From Neisseria sp. (GTDB lineage Bacteria > Pseudomonadota > Gammaproteobacteria > Burkholderiales > Neisseriaceae), in the NCBI RefSeq assembly GCF_030530745.1, contig NZ_JAUMUI010000004.1:24159-88158 (forward strand): a DNA stretch of 64,000 bases. The letters are read 5' to 3'. A program made the position numbers and the translations under genes. Shown here one piece after another: positions 9,672 to 19,468 of this stretch. The stretch's first letter is position 1; every line of letters starts with the position of its first letter. The notes beneath the pieces were generated by a model, which was not told the origin of the DNA, did not search any database, and saw only the letters and a program-made list of their open reading frames with translations.

Positions 9672-10112
9672 TTAAGGCCGAACAGTCAGTTTGAATGCCC
9701 ACTGCTCGGCTGCTTCGTTTATTTTACGGTAAACCGCTTCGAAAACATCATCGGTTTGCCCGTAGGGGTCGGGTATGCCGGTTTGCGGCAGCCACTGGCC
9801 GAACAGCATGGTTTTGCTGCGGGCGCTGGGTTGAATGTCGGCCACGCCGTCGATATGCCACGGTTCCATGACTAAAATCAGGTCGGCCTCTTCACACATG
9901 GCCGCTGTCAGTTGGCGGGCAGTGTGGCCGGCTACGACGACACCGTGGCGCAGGGCGGTTCTGATGGCCTGCAGGTCGGCATCTTTTCCCGCCGGCGCCC
10001 TCAGCCCGGCCGACGAAACCTGCAGATGGGGCATTTTTTGCGACAGCAGCCGCTCGGCGGTGGGGGAACGGCAGATGTTGCCGACGCACACAATCAAAAT
10101 CTTTTGATACAT
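9672..10112 (-). CDS. wzb: Low-molecular-weight protein-tyrosine phosphatase (Wzb)
   Basis: ILIVCVGNICRSPTAERLL active-site CX5R(S/T) motif and DPY motif. Confidence 0.85.
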   Translation of the reverse strand: MYQKILIVCVGNICRSPTAERLLSQKMPHLQVSSAGLRAPAGKDADLQAIRTALRHGVVVAGHTARQLTAAMCEEADLILVMEPWHIDGVADIQPSARSKTMLFGQWLPQTGIPDPYGQTDDVFEAVYRKINEAAEQWAFKLTVRP

Positions 10113-10231
10113 CTTGCAACTGAAAGTCTGAATATGGCGGAAAGCTCCCCTCGGCAATACTGCGAACGCGGCGGCGGGGTTCCGTAAACGGAATATTGCC
10201 GCCTGCGGACAGGTTTTAACCTGCCGTTATA

Positions 10232-11368
10232 TCAGTTGCCGCCGAAAATGTTGTCGATATAGTAAATATTGCTGACCGACGCGGTAACCTGGGAAATGAC
10301 GCGGTTCCAACGGGCAACCGGCGCGGCGGTAACGTAAACCACATCGTCGGCACGCAGTTTGAAGCGGTTGGCCATGGCGTAGGCCGAGGCGTCTTTCAGG
10401 TTGAGCTGGTAAACGTGTATGGGTTTCTCGCGGTCGGACGGCATATTGCGGATAACGAATACGCCCGAAGCGTTGGCGGTTACCTGATTCATGCCGCCTG
10501 CGTTACCCAAGGCTTGGGTGAGGGTGAGGCCGTAGTTGCCCAAGGGCATGGAGGCCTGCCTGCCCACTTCGCCCATTACATGAATTCGGCTGTGTTCGTT
10601 AGTGGGCACGTAAATGATGTCTCCGCCGGAGAGCAGCAGGTTTTGCGACAAATCGCCGTGTTGGCGTATGTCTTGCAGCGAAATGGTGCGCTCTACGCCG
10701 TTTTGCGTCCATTTGATGTTGTTGGTGTCGGCATTGGCGGCGGTTCCCCCGGCCTGGTCGATGGCGTCGACCAAGGTGAGCGGCACGTTGGTCAGCGGGA
10801 GTTGGCCGGGTTTGCCTACCGCTCCGGAAACCGAAACGCGCTGCGAGCGGAACTCGGCCACGTTCACCGAAACCTGCGGGTTTTTGATATAGCGTTTCAG
10901 GCGGGCGGTGAGTATGGACTGCAGTTCGGGCAGGGTTTTGCCTCGCGCGTAAACTTTTCCTGCCAGCGGGTAGGCCAGATAGCCGGATTCGTCAACCCAT
11001 GCGCCGTTGCTTACCTGTTTGCTTTCGGGGTTGGTGCTGATGGGGTTGGGGGTGTTCAGGTCGGGGTGGTGCCAAACCAAGATGTTCAGCACGTCGCCGC
11101 TGCCGATACGGTAGCGGTAACCGGCTTTCTGGCGGTCGAGCGCGGGGTTGCTCAAGGCACGGCGCGGCGCTTCCTCCATGCTCATGAGCAGGCCGGGAGT
11201 AATCGGCCGGATTCTGATGTATTTGCTGATATTGGTATCGGCACGGCTTTCTCCCGGGCCGTAAGATACGGTTTTGCCGCGGGAAGGCAGGCCCGAACCG
11301 GGAACAACGGTGCAGCCCGCAAATGCGAGCATCGATAAGCTGATGATGGTAAATTTTTGAATATTCAC
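10232..11368 (-). CDS. wza: Polysaccharide export outer-membrane lipoprotein (Wza family)
   Basis: Lipobox LAFAGC, polysaccharide export (Poly_export) and SLBB-like regions; operon with wzb/wzc. Confidence 0.85.
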   Translation of the reverse strand: MNIQKFTIISLSMLAFAGCTVVPGSGLPSRGKTVSYGPGESRADTNISKYIRIRPITPGLLMSMEEAPRRALSNPALDRQKAGYRYRIGSGDVLNILVWHHPDLNTPNPISTNPESKQVSNGAWVDESGYLAYPLAGKVYARGKTLPELQSILTARLKRYIKNPQVSVNVAEFRSQRVSVSGAVGKPGQLPLTNVPLTLVDAIDQAGGTAANADTNNIKWTQNGVERTISLQDIRQHGDLSQNLLLSGGDIIYVPTNEHSRIHVMGEVGRQASMPLGNYGLTLTQALGNAGGMNQVTANASGVFVIRNMPSDREKPIHVYQLNLKDASAYAMANRFKLRADDVVYVTAAPVARWNRVISQVTASVSNIYYIDNIFGGN

Positions 11369-11425
11369 GTTTTATTCCATTTTCTAGGGCTGGTGGTATT
11401 GCACGGCCGTCTGAAAAAACGGTTT

Positions 11426-13330
11426 TCAGACACTGTGGCGGTTTTGCTGCCACACCAAATCGCAAATGCCGTCTTTGGGGGCGAAACCTGTCGGTGCTTC
11501 CAATAAGAGTTGTCTTAAAACGGTTTGGTTCATTTCGCCGCATGCCGAATCCATACGGTTAAGTATGTCGGATAATTCGTTCCACGGCAGCATTACTTCG
11601 CTGGCGGTCATAATGCGGGGATGAGTGGTCTTTTGAACCTCATCGCCGATTAACAATTCTTCATATAATTTTTCACCCGGGCGCAGGCCTGTGATTTTGA
11701 TTTCGATGTCGCCGTCGGGGTTTTCGGCATCTTTCACTTGCAGCCCGCTAAGGTGGATCATCTGTTTGGCCAGGTCGATGATTTTCACCGATTCGCCCAT
11801 GTCGAGCACGAATACGTCGCCGCCTTTGCCCATTGCTCCGGCCTGAATCACCAGCTGTGCCGCTTCGGGAATGGTCATGAAGTAGCGGGTGATGTCTTCA
11901 TGGGTGAGGGTGATGGGGCCGCCGGCGGCGATTTGTTTTTCAAACACGGGCACTACCGAGCCGGAAGAGCCCAGCACGTTGCCGAAGCGCACCATGCAGA
12001 AGCGGGTTTGCTGGCCGGGTTCGGCGGCCAGCGCCTGCAGGCAAAGCTCGGCCATGCGTTTGCTCGCGCCCATGGTGTTGGTGGGGCGCACGGCTTTGTC
12101 GGTGGAAATCAAAACAAAGGTTTCCACGCCTGCGTCTATGGCGGCCTGTGCGCAGAAGAGCGTGCCGTACACGTTGTTGCACACGCCTTCGATGGTGTTG
12201 AATTCAACCATCGGCACATGCTTGTAGGCGGCGGCGTGATATACGGTTTGCACGCCGTAGGCCTGCATGATGCTGAAAAGGCGGTTGCGGTGCTGCACCG
12301 AACCCAAAAGCGGCACGATTTCGATATTCATGCCCGAGGCCGTCTGAAACTCGTTGAGCTCTTTGTCGATGCTGTATAGCGAGAATTCCGACAATTCGAA
12401 CAGCAGCAGTTTGGCGGGGCGGTAGCGGATAATCTGGCGGCACAGCTCGGAGCCGATGGAGCCGCCCGCTCCGGTTACCAGCACCACTTTGCCCGTGATG
12501 TCCGCCCCCATCAGATCGGGGCAGGGGTCGACCGGATCGCGGCCGAGCAGGTCGATCACCGATACTTTTTTCAGCGAACTGATGCTGATTTTGCCGTCAA
12601 CCAAATCCTTCATGCCCGGAATGGCCAGCACTTCGCAGGGATAGGCCTCAAGGCGCTGGATAATCAGCTTGCGCCGCTCTTGGGATGCGCTGGGAATCGC
12701 CAGCAGGATTTTTTCCACGCCGTAGCGTTTGATTAAGTCTTCGATTTCAGACGGCCTGTAAACGGGCAGGTCGTAAATGGTGGTGCGCTGGATAGCGCTG
12801 TTGTCGTCTACAAAGGCCACGGCGTTGTATTCGTTTACCTGTTTGACGGCTTCGAGCAGCTGGCGGCCGGACTGCCCCGCGCCGTAGATAATCACCGGTG
12901 CCATCTGTTTGCGGTGGCTGCGGTCGGTGAGCACGGCTTTCAAAATGATGCGCGAACTGGTTACCAGCACCACCAGCATCAGAAAATACACTACCGGCAG
13001 TGCCAGCCGCAGGCGCTGTTCGAATACCAGCATGCTGAAGAAGAAAACCGCAGCCGACACTACGCAGCCCAAAACGGCGGTGCTGAGGATGCGGGTGCTC
13101 ACATAGCGGGTAACGGCGCGGTAGAGGCCCAGCCGCACAAACAGTAAGATGGTCAGCCCGGCGGTGGAGGCGAACGCCAGCCAGTTGGCAAAGCTACCCC
13201 ATTCGTTGAAATAGTTGGCCTTCAGGCTTTGGGCAAACCAAAAAGCCACAAAAATCACCAAGGTATCGTGGATAACGAAAAAGGTTTTTTTCACATTGCG
13301 GGGCAATGCAAGTAAGGTTTCCAAGTTCAT
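11426..13330 (-). CDS. Membrane-bound UDP-HexNAc 4,6-dehydratase (PglF/WbpM/CapD family)
   Basis: 4 N-terminal TM helices; Rossmann VLVTGAGGSIGSELCRQI; 634 aa, typical of PglF/WbpM. Confidence 0.85.
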   Translation of the reverse strand: MNLETLLALPRNVKKTFFVIHDTLVIFVAFWFAQSLKANYFNEWGSFANWLAFASTAGLTILLFVRLGLYRAVTRYVSTRILSTAVLGCVVSAAVFFFSMLVFEQRLRLALPVVYFLMLVVLVTSSRIILKAVLTDRSHRKQMAPVIIYGAGQSGRQLLEAVKQVNEYNAVAFVDDNSAIQRTTIYDLPVYRPSEIEDLIKRYGVEKILLAIPSASQERRKLIIQRLEAYPCEVLAIPGMKDLVDGKISISSLKKVSVIDLLGRDPVDPCPDLMGADITGKVVLVTGAGGSIGSELCRQIIRYRPAKLLLFELSEFSLYSIDKELNEFQTASGMNIEIVPLLGSVQHRNRLFSIMQAYGVQTVYHAAAYKHVPMVEFNTIEGVCNNVYGTLFCAQAAIDAGVETFVLISTDKAVRPTNTMGASKRMAELCLQALAAEPGQQTRFCMVRFGNVLGSSGSVVPVFEKQIAAGGPITLTHEDITRYFMTIPEAAQLVIQAGAMGKGGDVFVLDMGESVKIIDLAKQMIHLSGLQVKDAENPDGDIEIKITGLRPGEKLYEELLIGDEVQKTTHPRIMTASEVMLPWNELSDILNRMDSACGEMNQTVLRQLLLEAPTGFAPKDGICDLVWQQNRHSV

Positions 13331-13433
13331 CGTTTTATTATCCGGTTGTTATTGTTTTGGAAAAGCATATTCTCGATCGGGATAACAGTGTTTTTTCAGA
13401 CGGCCTGCCGAAGGGGAGGCCGTCTGAAAGCTT

Positions 13434-14609
13434 TTATGCGGTTGCTTCTGCGAGCACTTCCTGTATGTTTCTGCAGCAAAACGCCATTTCTTCGGGCGTG
13501 ATGGTCGGGTGCACCAAAAACATGAGCGAGGTTTCGCCCAGCTCGACGGCGTTTTTCAGCCGCTCTTTGGGCCGCCACGGCGTGTTGTCGAAGGCTTTTT
13601 CCAAATATACCTCCGAGCAGCTGCCCTGATAGCAGGGCACTTTGCGTTCGGCCAAGGTTTCGACGATGCGGTCGCGGCTCCAGCCCGCTTTCAGGTTTTC
13701 CGGTTTCACAAACGCATAAAACTTATATTGCGCGTGTTCGATATAGTCGGGCACGTTTACCAAGCGGATGCAGGCAAACGGTTTGAGCACTGCTTCGAGC
13801 TGCGCGGCGTTGGCTTGGCGTTTGGCCGTCCAATCGCTCATGCGCTTGAGTTGGATGCGGCCGATAACCGCCTGCATCTCCGTCATGCGCCAGTTGGTGC
13901 CGAAGCTCTCGTGCAGCCAGCGGAAGCCGGGCGGGTGCTGGCGGTTATAAACAGCATCGTAGCTTTTGCCGTGGTCTTTATACGACCACATTTTCGACCA
14001 CAAATCTTTATCGTTGGTGGTAACCATGCCGCCCTCGCCGCCGGTGGTCATGATTTTGTCTTGGCAGAACGACCACGCGCCGACATGGCCGATGGAGCCC
14101 ACGGGTTTGCCTTTGTATTTGGAGCCGTGCGCTTGGGCGCAGTCTTCGATAACCCACAGTTTGTGTTGTTCGGCCAGCGCCATAATGCCGTCCATTTCGG
14201 CGGGCATGCCGGCCAGGTGAACCACGATGACGGCTTTGGTGTTCGGCGTTAAGGCCGCCTGAACGGTTTCGGCGGAAATGTTCTGGCTGTTCAAATCCAC
14301 ATCGGCAAACACGGGGTTGGCACCGGCGGTTACGATGGCGGAGGCGGAGGCGAGAAACGTGCGCGAGGTTACGATGACATCGTCGCCCGCGCCGATGCCC
14401 ATGGCTTTGAGGGCAACGTCGAGCGCCAGCGTGCCGTTGCCCAGCGCAACGGCGTATTGCGTGCCGGCGAATTCGGCAAATTCTTTTTCAAACTCGCGGC
14501 ATTCGGTGCCTGTCCAGTAGTTCACTTTGTTAGACAGTAAAACGCGCGAAACGGCGTCGGCCTCTTCTTGGGTGAAGCTGGGCCACGGGGCGATAGAAGT
14601 GTTAAGCAT
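13434..14609 (-). CDS. DegT/DnrJ/EryC1-family PLP aminotransferase (UDP-4-keto-6-deoxy-HexNAc 4-aminotransferase, PglE-like)
   Basis: Conserved GNGTLALDVALKAMGIGAGDDV and the PLP-lysine region. Start set at MLNTSIAPW (cat at 14607-14609), 2 nt after the upstream gene's stop. Confidence 0.85.
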   Translation of the reverse strand: MLNTSIAPWPSFTQEEADAVSRVLLSNKVNYWTGTECREFEKEFAEFAGTQYAVALGNGTLALDVALKAMGIGAGDDVIVTSRTFLASASAIVTAGANPVFADVDLNSQNISAETVQAALTPNTKAVIVVHLAGMPAEMDGIMALAEQHKLWVIEDCAQAHGSKYKGKPVGSIGHVGAWSFCQDKIMTTGGEGGMVTTNDKDLWSKMWSYKDHGKSYDAVYNRQHPPGFRWLHESFGTNWRMTEMQAVIGRIQLKRMSDWTAKRQANAAQLEAVLKPFACIRLVNVPDYIEHAQYKFYAFVKPENLKAGWSRDRIVETLAERKVPCYQGSCSEVYLEKAFDNTPWRPKERLKNAVELGETSLMFLVHPTITPEEMAFCCRNIQEVLAEATA

Positions 14610-15384
14610 CGGCTGATCCTGCAAAAAGGCTGGTGGAATCTTTGGGGGCGGTTTCTTCCAAAATACGGCGGTCGACCAAGGTGTATTTTTGGCCGTCGAT
14701 TTCGACGTAGGCGCCGTCGTAAGGGGGGAACCAGAATGCACGCACTTTTCTGGCCACGTCGTCGCCGGGGCGGATTTCTTTCATGGCTTCCATTTCGGCG
14801 CGGCTGGTGTATCTGCCGCCCTCATTGGGAAAAGCAGGCAGCTTGGTTTCGCTTTCAACCGCCTGCATAATCAGGCGTTTGGCAAAGGCTTCCAGCACCT
14901 GCATCGATTCGCGTTCCAGCGATTGCGCGGTGGCGGTGTCGGGATCCATCGCAAAGCGCACCACTTCGATTAAGTCGCCGGTATCGATGGAATCGTCGAT
15001 GTAGTGGGCGGAAATGCCCCATTCGGAGAGGCCGTCGAGAATCGCCAGATTATAGCCGCCCGTGCCTTTGTATTCGGGCAGGATGGCGGGGTGGAAGTTG
15101 ATGGTGCCGCGAGCGGGTACGGTTAAAAAGTCGTCGCGCAGTTTGCGCCAGTATAAAACCGAGATGCCCAAATCGTATTTCAGACGGCCTTCGCGCATGG
15201 CTTCGAGCGCGGTGTCGAAAGTGTAGAGAGGCAGCCCCAAACGTTTGGCCGCCGCCGTGGTGGGCGAACCTTGCAGGTGGCTGTCGGTTAACACGCCGAC
15301 AATTTCTATGCCGCTTTGGGAGGATAGAAATTCCAAGAGGACGGCGGAAACTTTTTTCCGGCCCATAAAAAGAATTTTGGTCAT
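14602..15384 (-). CDS. Formyl_trans_N-family protein (putative sugar N-formyltransferase)
   Basis: Formyltransferase motif NFHPAILPEYKG (cf. HxSLLPxxRG) and catalytic-Asp region ISAHYIDDSIDTGD; sits between the aminotransferase and the ATP-grasp gene. Confidence 0.6.
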   Translation of the reverse strand: MTKILFMGRKKVSAVLLEFLSSQSGIEIVGVLTDSHLQGSPTTAAAKRLGLPLYTFDTALEAMREGRLKYDLGISVLYWRKLRDDFLTVPARGTINFHPAILPEYKGTGGYNLAILDGLSEWGISAHYIDDSIDTGDLIEVVRFAMDPDTATAQSLERESMQVLEAFAKRLIMQAVESETKLPAFPNEGGRYTSRAEMEAMKEIRPGDDVARKVRAFWFPPYDGAYVEIDGQKYTLVDRRILEETAPKDSTSLFAGSADA

Positions 15385-15540
15385 TGCTTCATCCTTTTTG
15401 TTTGAAAGGTAGATTTAAAGTTTAGGTTTGAATTTTCAGGTTGGGACGCGCTGCCCCGGCATTTGTTTTCAGACGGCATGATGCGGTTCGGGTTTGTTTC
15501 GTTTTTTTTACCGGTAAGGCAGCATGCCGTTGTTGAGTGT

Positions 15541-16506
15541 TTATTTTTCGTGAACCAGCACTTTCGCGTCGTAGCGCAGCATAATCAGGTTGTTTTCCCA
15601 TTCGTCGAAAAACGGGATTTTTCCGCCGTAGAGGTATTCGCGTATCAGCCAGCCCGGATAGTTGCCGCCGGCGGCATAGGTGAGCGGGAAGCCGCCGCCG
15701 AAGCGCGGGTTGATTTCGATGCCGTAAACCGTGCTGCCTTTGCAGAAAAACTGGGCGGTGATGCAGCCGCGCGCGCCTTCGAGATGCGGCATTTTATCGG
15801 TCAGCAGCGTATAAAGGCCGTTGCGGCGGGTGGCGCCTTTGCTCACTTCGCCGCTGCGCACTTCCAAACGCTCGCGCGGCACGGCGCATTTCAGACGGCC
15901 TGAACGGTCGTAATACATATCAACGGTAAATTCGGTGAATTCGTTGGCGATGTCGATATACTGGCAGAAGATGATTTTCGGGTCTTTGAGTATGTCGTAA
16001 GACAAATCTTCGGCCGAGCGTATATATTTTGCGCCCAAACTGCGGCTGCCGTCGTAGGGTTTGGCAAAACAGGGAAAAGAAATGTTTTCGCGCTCGTAGA
16101 TTTCGGGTGTGGCAATGTCGCAGCGGGCGAACAGGCCTGCGGTGAAGCGTTTGTCGCGGCAGATGGTTACCAGCTCCGAGTCGGAAACCACAATGTGTAT
16201 GCCTGCTTCTTCAAAACGGCTGCGCGCGTCGGCGAGTTTTTGCAGCTCGGTGTCGATGGTGGGGATAATCAGCCCCACATTGTGCGCAAGCGCCAGATCG
16301 AAAACGCTGCCGATATAGTTTTCGGCAGAAATCGGCGGCACTTCGAAAGCGTTGTCGGCCACATGGCAGGCGGGCGACATAAGGGGGTTCAGATCGGCGG
16401 CAAACACCTTGATGCCGTCTGAAAACTTGGCGGCTTCGGTTTGGAAGTCCTGCACAAGCTCTACGCGGCGGCCGGCGGATAAAATGAGTATGTTATTTTT
16501 TTTCAT
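15541..16506 (-). CDS. ATP-grasp domain enzyme (probable amino-sugar N-acyl ligase, cf. ATP-grasp domain of meningococcal PglB2)
   Basis: ATP-grasp fold signatures (ILILSAGRRVELVQ, E..G..ITAQFF, YGIEINPRFGGG). Overlaps the PGT gene's start by 14 nt. Confidence 0.7.
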   Translation of the reverse strand: MKKNNILILSAGRRVELVQDFQTEAAKFSDGIKVFAADLNPLMSPACHVADNAFEVPPISAENYIGSVFDLALAHNVGLIIPTIDTELQKLADARSRFEEAGIHIVVSDSELVTICRDKRFTAGLFARCDIATPEIYERENISFPCFAKPYDGSRSLGAKYIRSAEDLSYDILKDPKIIFCQYIDIANEFTEFTVDMYYDRSGRLKCAVPRERLEVRSGEVSKGATRRNGLYTLLTDKMPHLEGARGCITAQFFCKGSTVYGIEINPRFGGGFPLTYAAGGNYPGWLIREYLYGGKIPFFDEWENNLIMLRYDAKVLVHEK

Positions 16507-17110
16507 GATCTTGGTTCCCGGTAAAGTAAGGCATGGTGGCTTCTCCTTCGGCAGAAATTCCTTCCCGCACGAACACTTTTTTAATAGTTAAGAATAATAT
16601 TTTGATATCGAGCCAAAAACTGTGGTTGTCGATATACCAAACGTCGTGGGCGAATTTTTCGTCCCATGAGAGTGCATTGCGGCCGTTAACCTGCGCCCAG
16701 CCGGTTACGCCCGGCTTCATCTCGTGGCGGCGGTTTTGGAAATCGTTATAAAGCGGCAGGTAGTGCATCAAGAGCGGGCGGGGGCCGACCAGGCTCATTT
16801 CGCCTTTCAAAACGTTCCACAGCTCGGGCAGCTCGTCGAGGCTGGTGGCGCGCAGTTTTTTGCCGAACGGGGTGAGCCGCTCGCTGTCGGGCAGCGGGTT
16901 GCCTTGTGCATCAACCGCATCGCGCATGGAGCGGAACTTAATCATTTTGAAGGGCTTGCCGTTCAGCCCGGGGCGCTCCTGCGTGAAAAACACGGGCGAA
17001 CCCAAGTTTTTTTTAATCAGATAAATCAAAATTAAGAACACGGGCGAGAGAATAATCAAGCCGGCGGCTGAGGCAATAATGTCGAACAGGCGTTTCAATA
17101 ATTTATTCAT
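16493..17110 (-). CDS. Small monotopic phosphoglycosyl transferase (bacterial sugar transferase; PglC/WbaP-C-terminal family) - initiating enzyme
   Basis: N-terminal re-entrant helix LFDIIASAAGLIILSPVFLILIYLI, PGLNGKPFKMIKFRSM, DELPQL-like DELPELWNVLKGEMSLVGPRP. Confidence 0.85.
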   Translation of the reverse strand: MNKLLKRLFDIIASAAGLIILSPVFLILIYLIKKNLGSPVFFTQERPGLNGKPFKMIKFRSMRDAVDAQGNPLPDSERLTPFGKKLRATSLDELPELWNVLKGEMSLVGPRPLLMHYLPLYNDFQNRRHEMKPGVTGWAQVNGRNALSWDEKFAHDVWYIDNHSFWLDIKILFLTIKKVFVREGISAEGEATMPYFTGNQDHEKK

Positions 17111-18276
17111 TGTCCGAGTCTTTCAATTAAACCGACGATTTTCTGATAGGCCACATCGCGTTTGAAGCGGCGCACGATTTCTTCACTTTGCACGGGGTCG
17201 TTTTTGCGCGCCAAAATATCGCGCGCGGCGCGTACGAAATCGGCCACATTGCCTGATTGGTAGTTGGCGTGGGGCAGCAGTTTCAGCACGTCGGCCACTT
17301 CGTCGTTTACTTGGCTGTTGAGTATCGGCTTTTGCAGCGCCATGTAGTCGGACAGTTTGTTGGTTATCGACTGCATGGCATACGAATGAATCGGGTTCAC
17401 CGAAATATCGCAGCCTTTGGCCACCGCCATCATTTCGCTATACGGGATATAGCCGTAAAACTTGATGGTATCGTTTTCATATTGTTTGAGTTTTTCCAAA
17501 TCGGGGCCGCCGCCCATGATGTGCAGCTCCACGTTTGCGCCTTCGTTCAAAAGCTGCCGCACGCCCCGGCACACGGTTTCCACGTCGTAGCTGAAGCTGA
17601 GGGTGCCGAGGTAGAAAAAGCGGGTTTTATCGTCGCCGAAATCTTGGGCGGGTGCGGCTTCGAGTTTGTCGAAATCCGCGCCGATATACACCACTTCGCC
17701 CGGCGCGTTCGGATTGGCTTCCTTTGCGCGGTCGAGATAGGTTTGCGACACTGCCGCCAAACCGTCGGCATGGCGGTAGGCGGCGTTGGCGCGCGAGGCG
17801 AAAGGCAGCAGGTTGTGCGGGATTTTCTTCAGCATCGGAATCACGGAAGAGAAGGATTCCGGCCACACGTCCTGCACATCGATAATCAGTTTGTAGCCCA
17901 AACGCGCTTTGTGTCTGCCCAACAGGATATTGGTGGCAATCAGCGGATAAGCCGAAAACACCACATCGGCAAAACCCGGCTGCTGCGCGGCAAGCCACGT
18001 TTCGAAATTTTTCACAAACACATGATGGCTTTTCACGCGGCCCAGCGACACGTTTTTCCGATAGCCGCTTTCTTTGAGCAGCAGCACTTTCAGACGACCT
18101 TGCGAAGCGGCTGCGGCATCTTCGGGCCGTCTGAACGATTTGTCGTAATGTTTGAAATTGCTGGTAATCAGCAAAACATCATGCTTTTGCGCCAACAGTT
18201 CGGCCAGATACCAAAAGCGGTTGAAGTGCGGCTCGCCCGGCAGCGAGCAATAGGGGGCGACAATGGTAATCTTCAT
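17107..18276 (-). CDS. GT4-family glycosyltransferase
   Basis: C-terminal GT-B region with E-x7-E-like segment; start set at MKITIVAPY. Confidence 0.7.
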   Translation of the reverse strand: MKITIVAPYCSLPGEPHFNRFWYLAELLAQKHDVLLITSNFKHYDKSFRRPEDAAAASQGRLKVLLLKESGYRKNVSLGRVKSHHVFVKNFETWLAAQQPGFADVVFSAYPLIATNILLGRHKARLGYKLIIDVQDVWPESFSSVIPMLKKIPHNLLPFASRANAAYRHADGLAAVSQTYLDRAKEANPNAPGEVVYIGADFDKLEAAPAQDFGDDKTRFFYLGTLSFSYDVETVCRGVRQLLNEGANVELHIMGGGPDLEKLKQYENDTIKFYGYIPYSEMMAVAKGCDISVNPIHSYAMQSITNKLSDYMALQKPILNSQVNDEVADVLKLLPHANYQSGNVADFVRAARDILARKNDPVQSEEIVRRFKRDVAYQKIVGLIERLGQ

Positions 18277-18287
18277 TTCAGACGGCC

Positions 18288-19358
18288 TTACATTGCATAC
18301 GCATCCATGGTGGTGCGGTAGATTTCGTCGTCGGAGCACAGTCGGGTAACGCGATCATGCAGGGCTTTGCCCATGCTGCGGCGCAGGGCGGGATCGGCAG
18401 CCAGTTTTTCAACGGCACCGGCAAAGGCTGCTTTGTTTTCAAAAGGAATGCAGAAACCGGTTTCGCCGTCGACGACCATTTCTGAAATACCCGCCGCATC
18501 GTATGACACTACAGGGGTTTCATACAGCCCGGCCTCGAGGATATTGTTGCCCACGCCCGCGCCGTGGTCGCCGATTAAAACGGGTGTGTTGAGCAGGATG
18601 TCGACTTCTTGGAAATAAGCGCCCAAGTCGCGCACGCCGCCGAGAAAGCGCACACGGTCTTCCAAACCCAAATGCCGCACCTGCTCTTTGAGCCTGTCGG
18701 CTTCTTCCCCGATTCCAGCCACCGAAAGTTTCACCGGCAAGCCGCGGTCGGCCAGGGTTTTGACCATGTCGACGGCCAGATGCACGGCACGCACGGTGTC
18801 GAGGCGCGAAAGTGTGCCGAGCATCACATAATCTTTGGCTGTTTTTTCCCGGATTTCTGCCGTTTTTTCGGGCAGTGCGTTATAAGTGTAGGCCGCACGC
18901 GCTGCGGGAAAACCGTGGCGTATCAGTTTGGCGCGCTCGTGGCGGCAGTTGGCGATGATATACACGCCGAGTTTGTCGAACAGTTTGGCGATTTTCGGAT
19001 AAGTTTCGGGGTCGAGGCCGCGGGCGTGGTAAAACACTTTGGTTTCGGGCGAAACGATTTTGGCGGCCACGGCGCAGGCGGGCACGATGCGCGCCATCTG
19101 GCAGTGCACGATGTCGGGCCGCTCTTTGGCCAGCATTTTTGCATAGGCGAGCGTGCCTTTCAGATAGCCGCTTTTACCCCGGTAAAAATCAATCTCATAC
19201 CACTTCATCCCCGCCGCTTCGGCTTCTGCAACCAAGGGGCCGTCTGAAGATGCCAGAACCACGGTGTGGCCGTGCCCGAGCAGCAGCTTTCCCAAGCGGA
19301 AGGCCGCGTGTTCGGTGCCGCCCAGGCCGCTCATTGAAGTTGTGATGATAATTTTCAT
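18288..19358 (-). CDS. GT4-family glycosyltransferase (paralog A of tandem pair)
   Basis: MKIIITTSMSGLGGTEHA...; GT-B fold; ~60% identical to the next gene. Confidence 0.8.
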   Translation of the reverse strand: MKIIITTSMSGLGGTEHAAFRLGKLLLGHGHTVVLASSDGPLVAEAEAAGMKWYEIDFYRGKSGYLKGTLAYAKMLAKERPDIVHCQMARIVPACAVAAKIVSPETKVFYHARGLDPETYPKIAKLFDKLGVYIIANCRHERAKLIRHGFPAARAAYTYNALPEKTAEIREKTAKDYVMLGTLSRLDTVRAVHLAVDMVKTLADRGLPVKLSVAGIGEEADRLKEQVRHLGLEDRVRFLGGVRDLGAYFQEVDILLNTPVLIGDHGAGVGNNILEAGLYETPVVSYDAAGISEMVVDGETGFCIPFENKAAFAGAVEKLAADPALRRSMGKALHDRVTRLCSDDEIYRTTMDAYAM

Positions 19359-19468
19359 GGTTGCGATAGTTTTGAGATGGATTAAATTTTAAATTTGACA
19401 CTGAAACGGTGTAAAAAATGCCTGTTTGTATGCAAATAAACTTTAAATAGGGTTCAGGCGGCCGGAGG

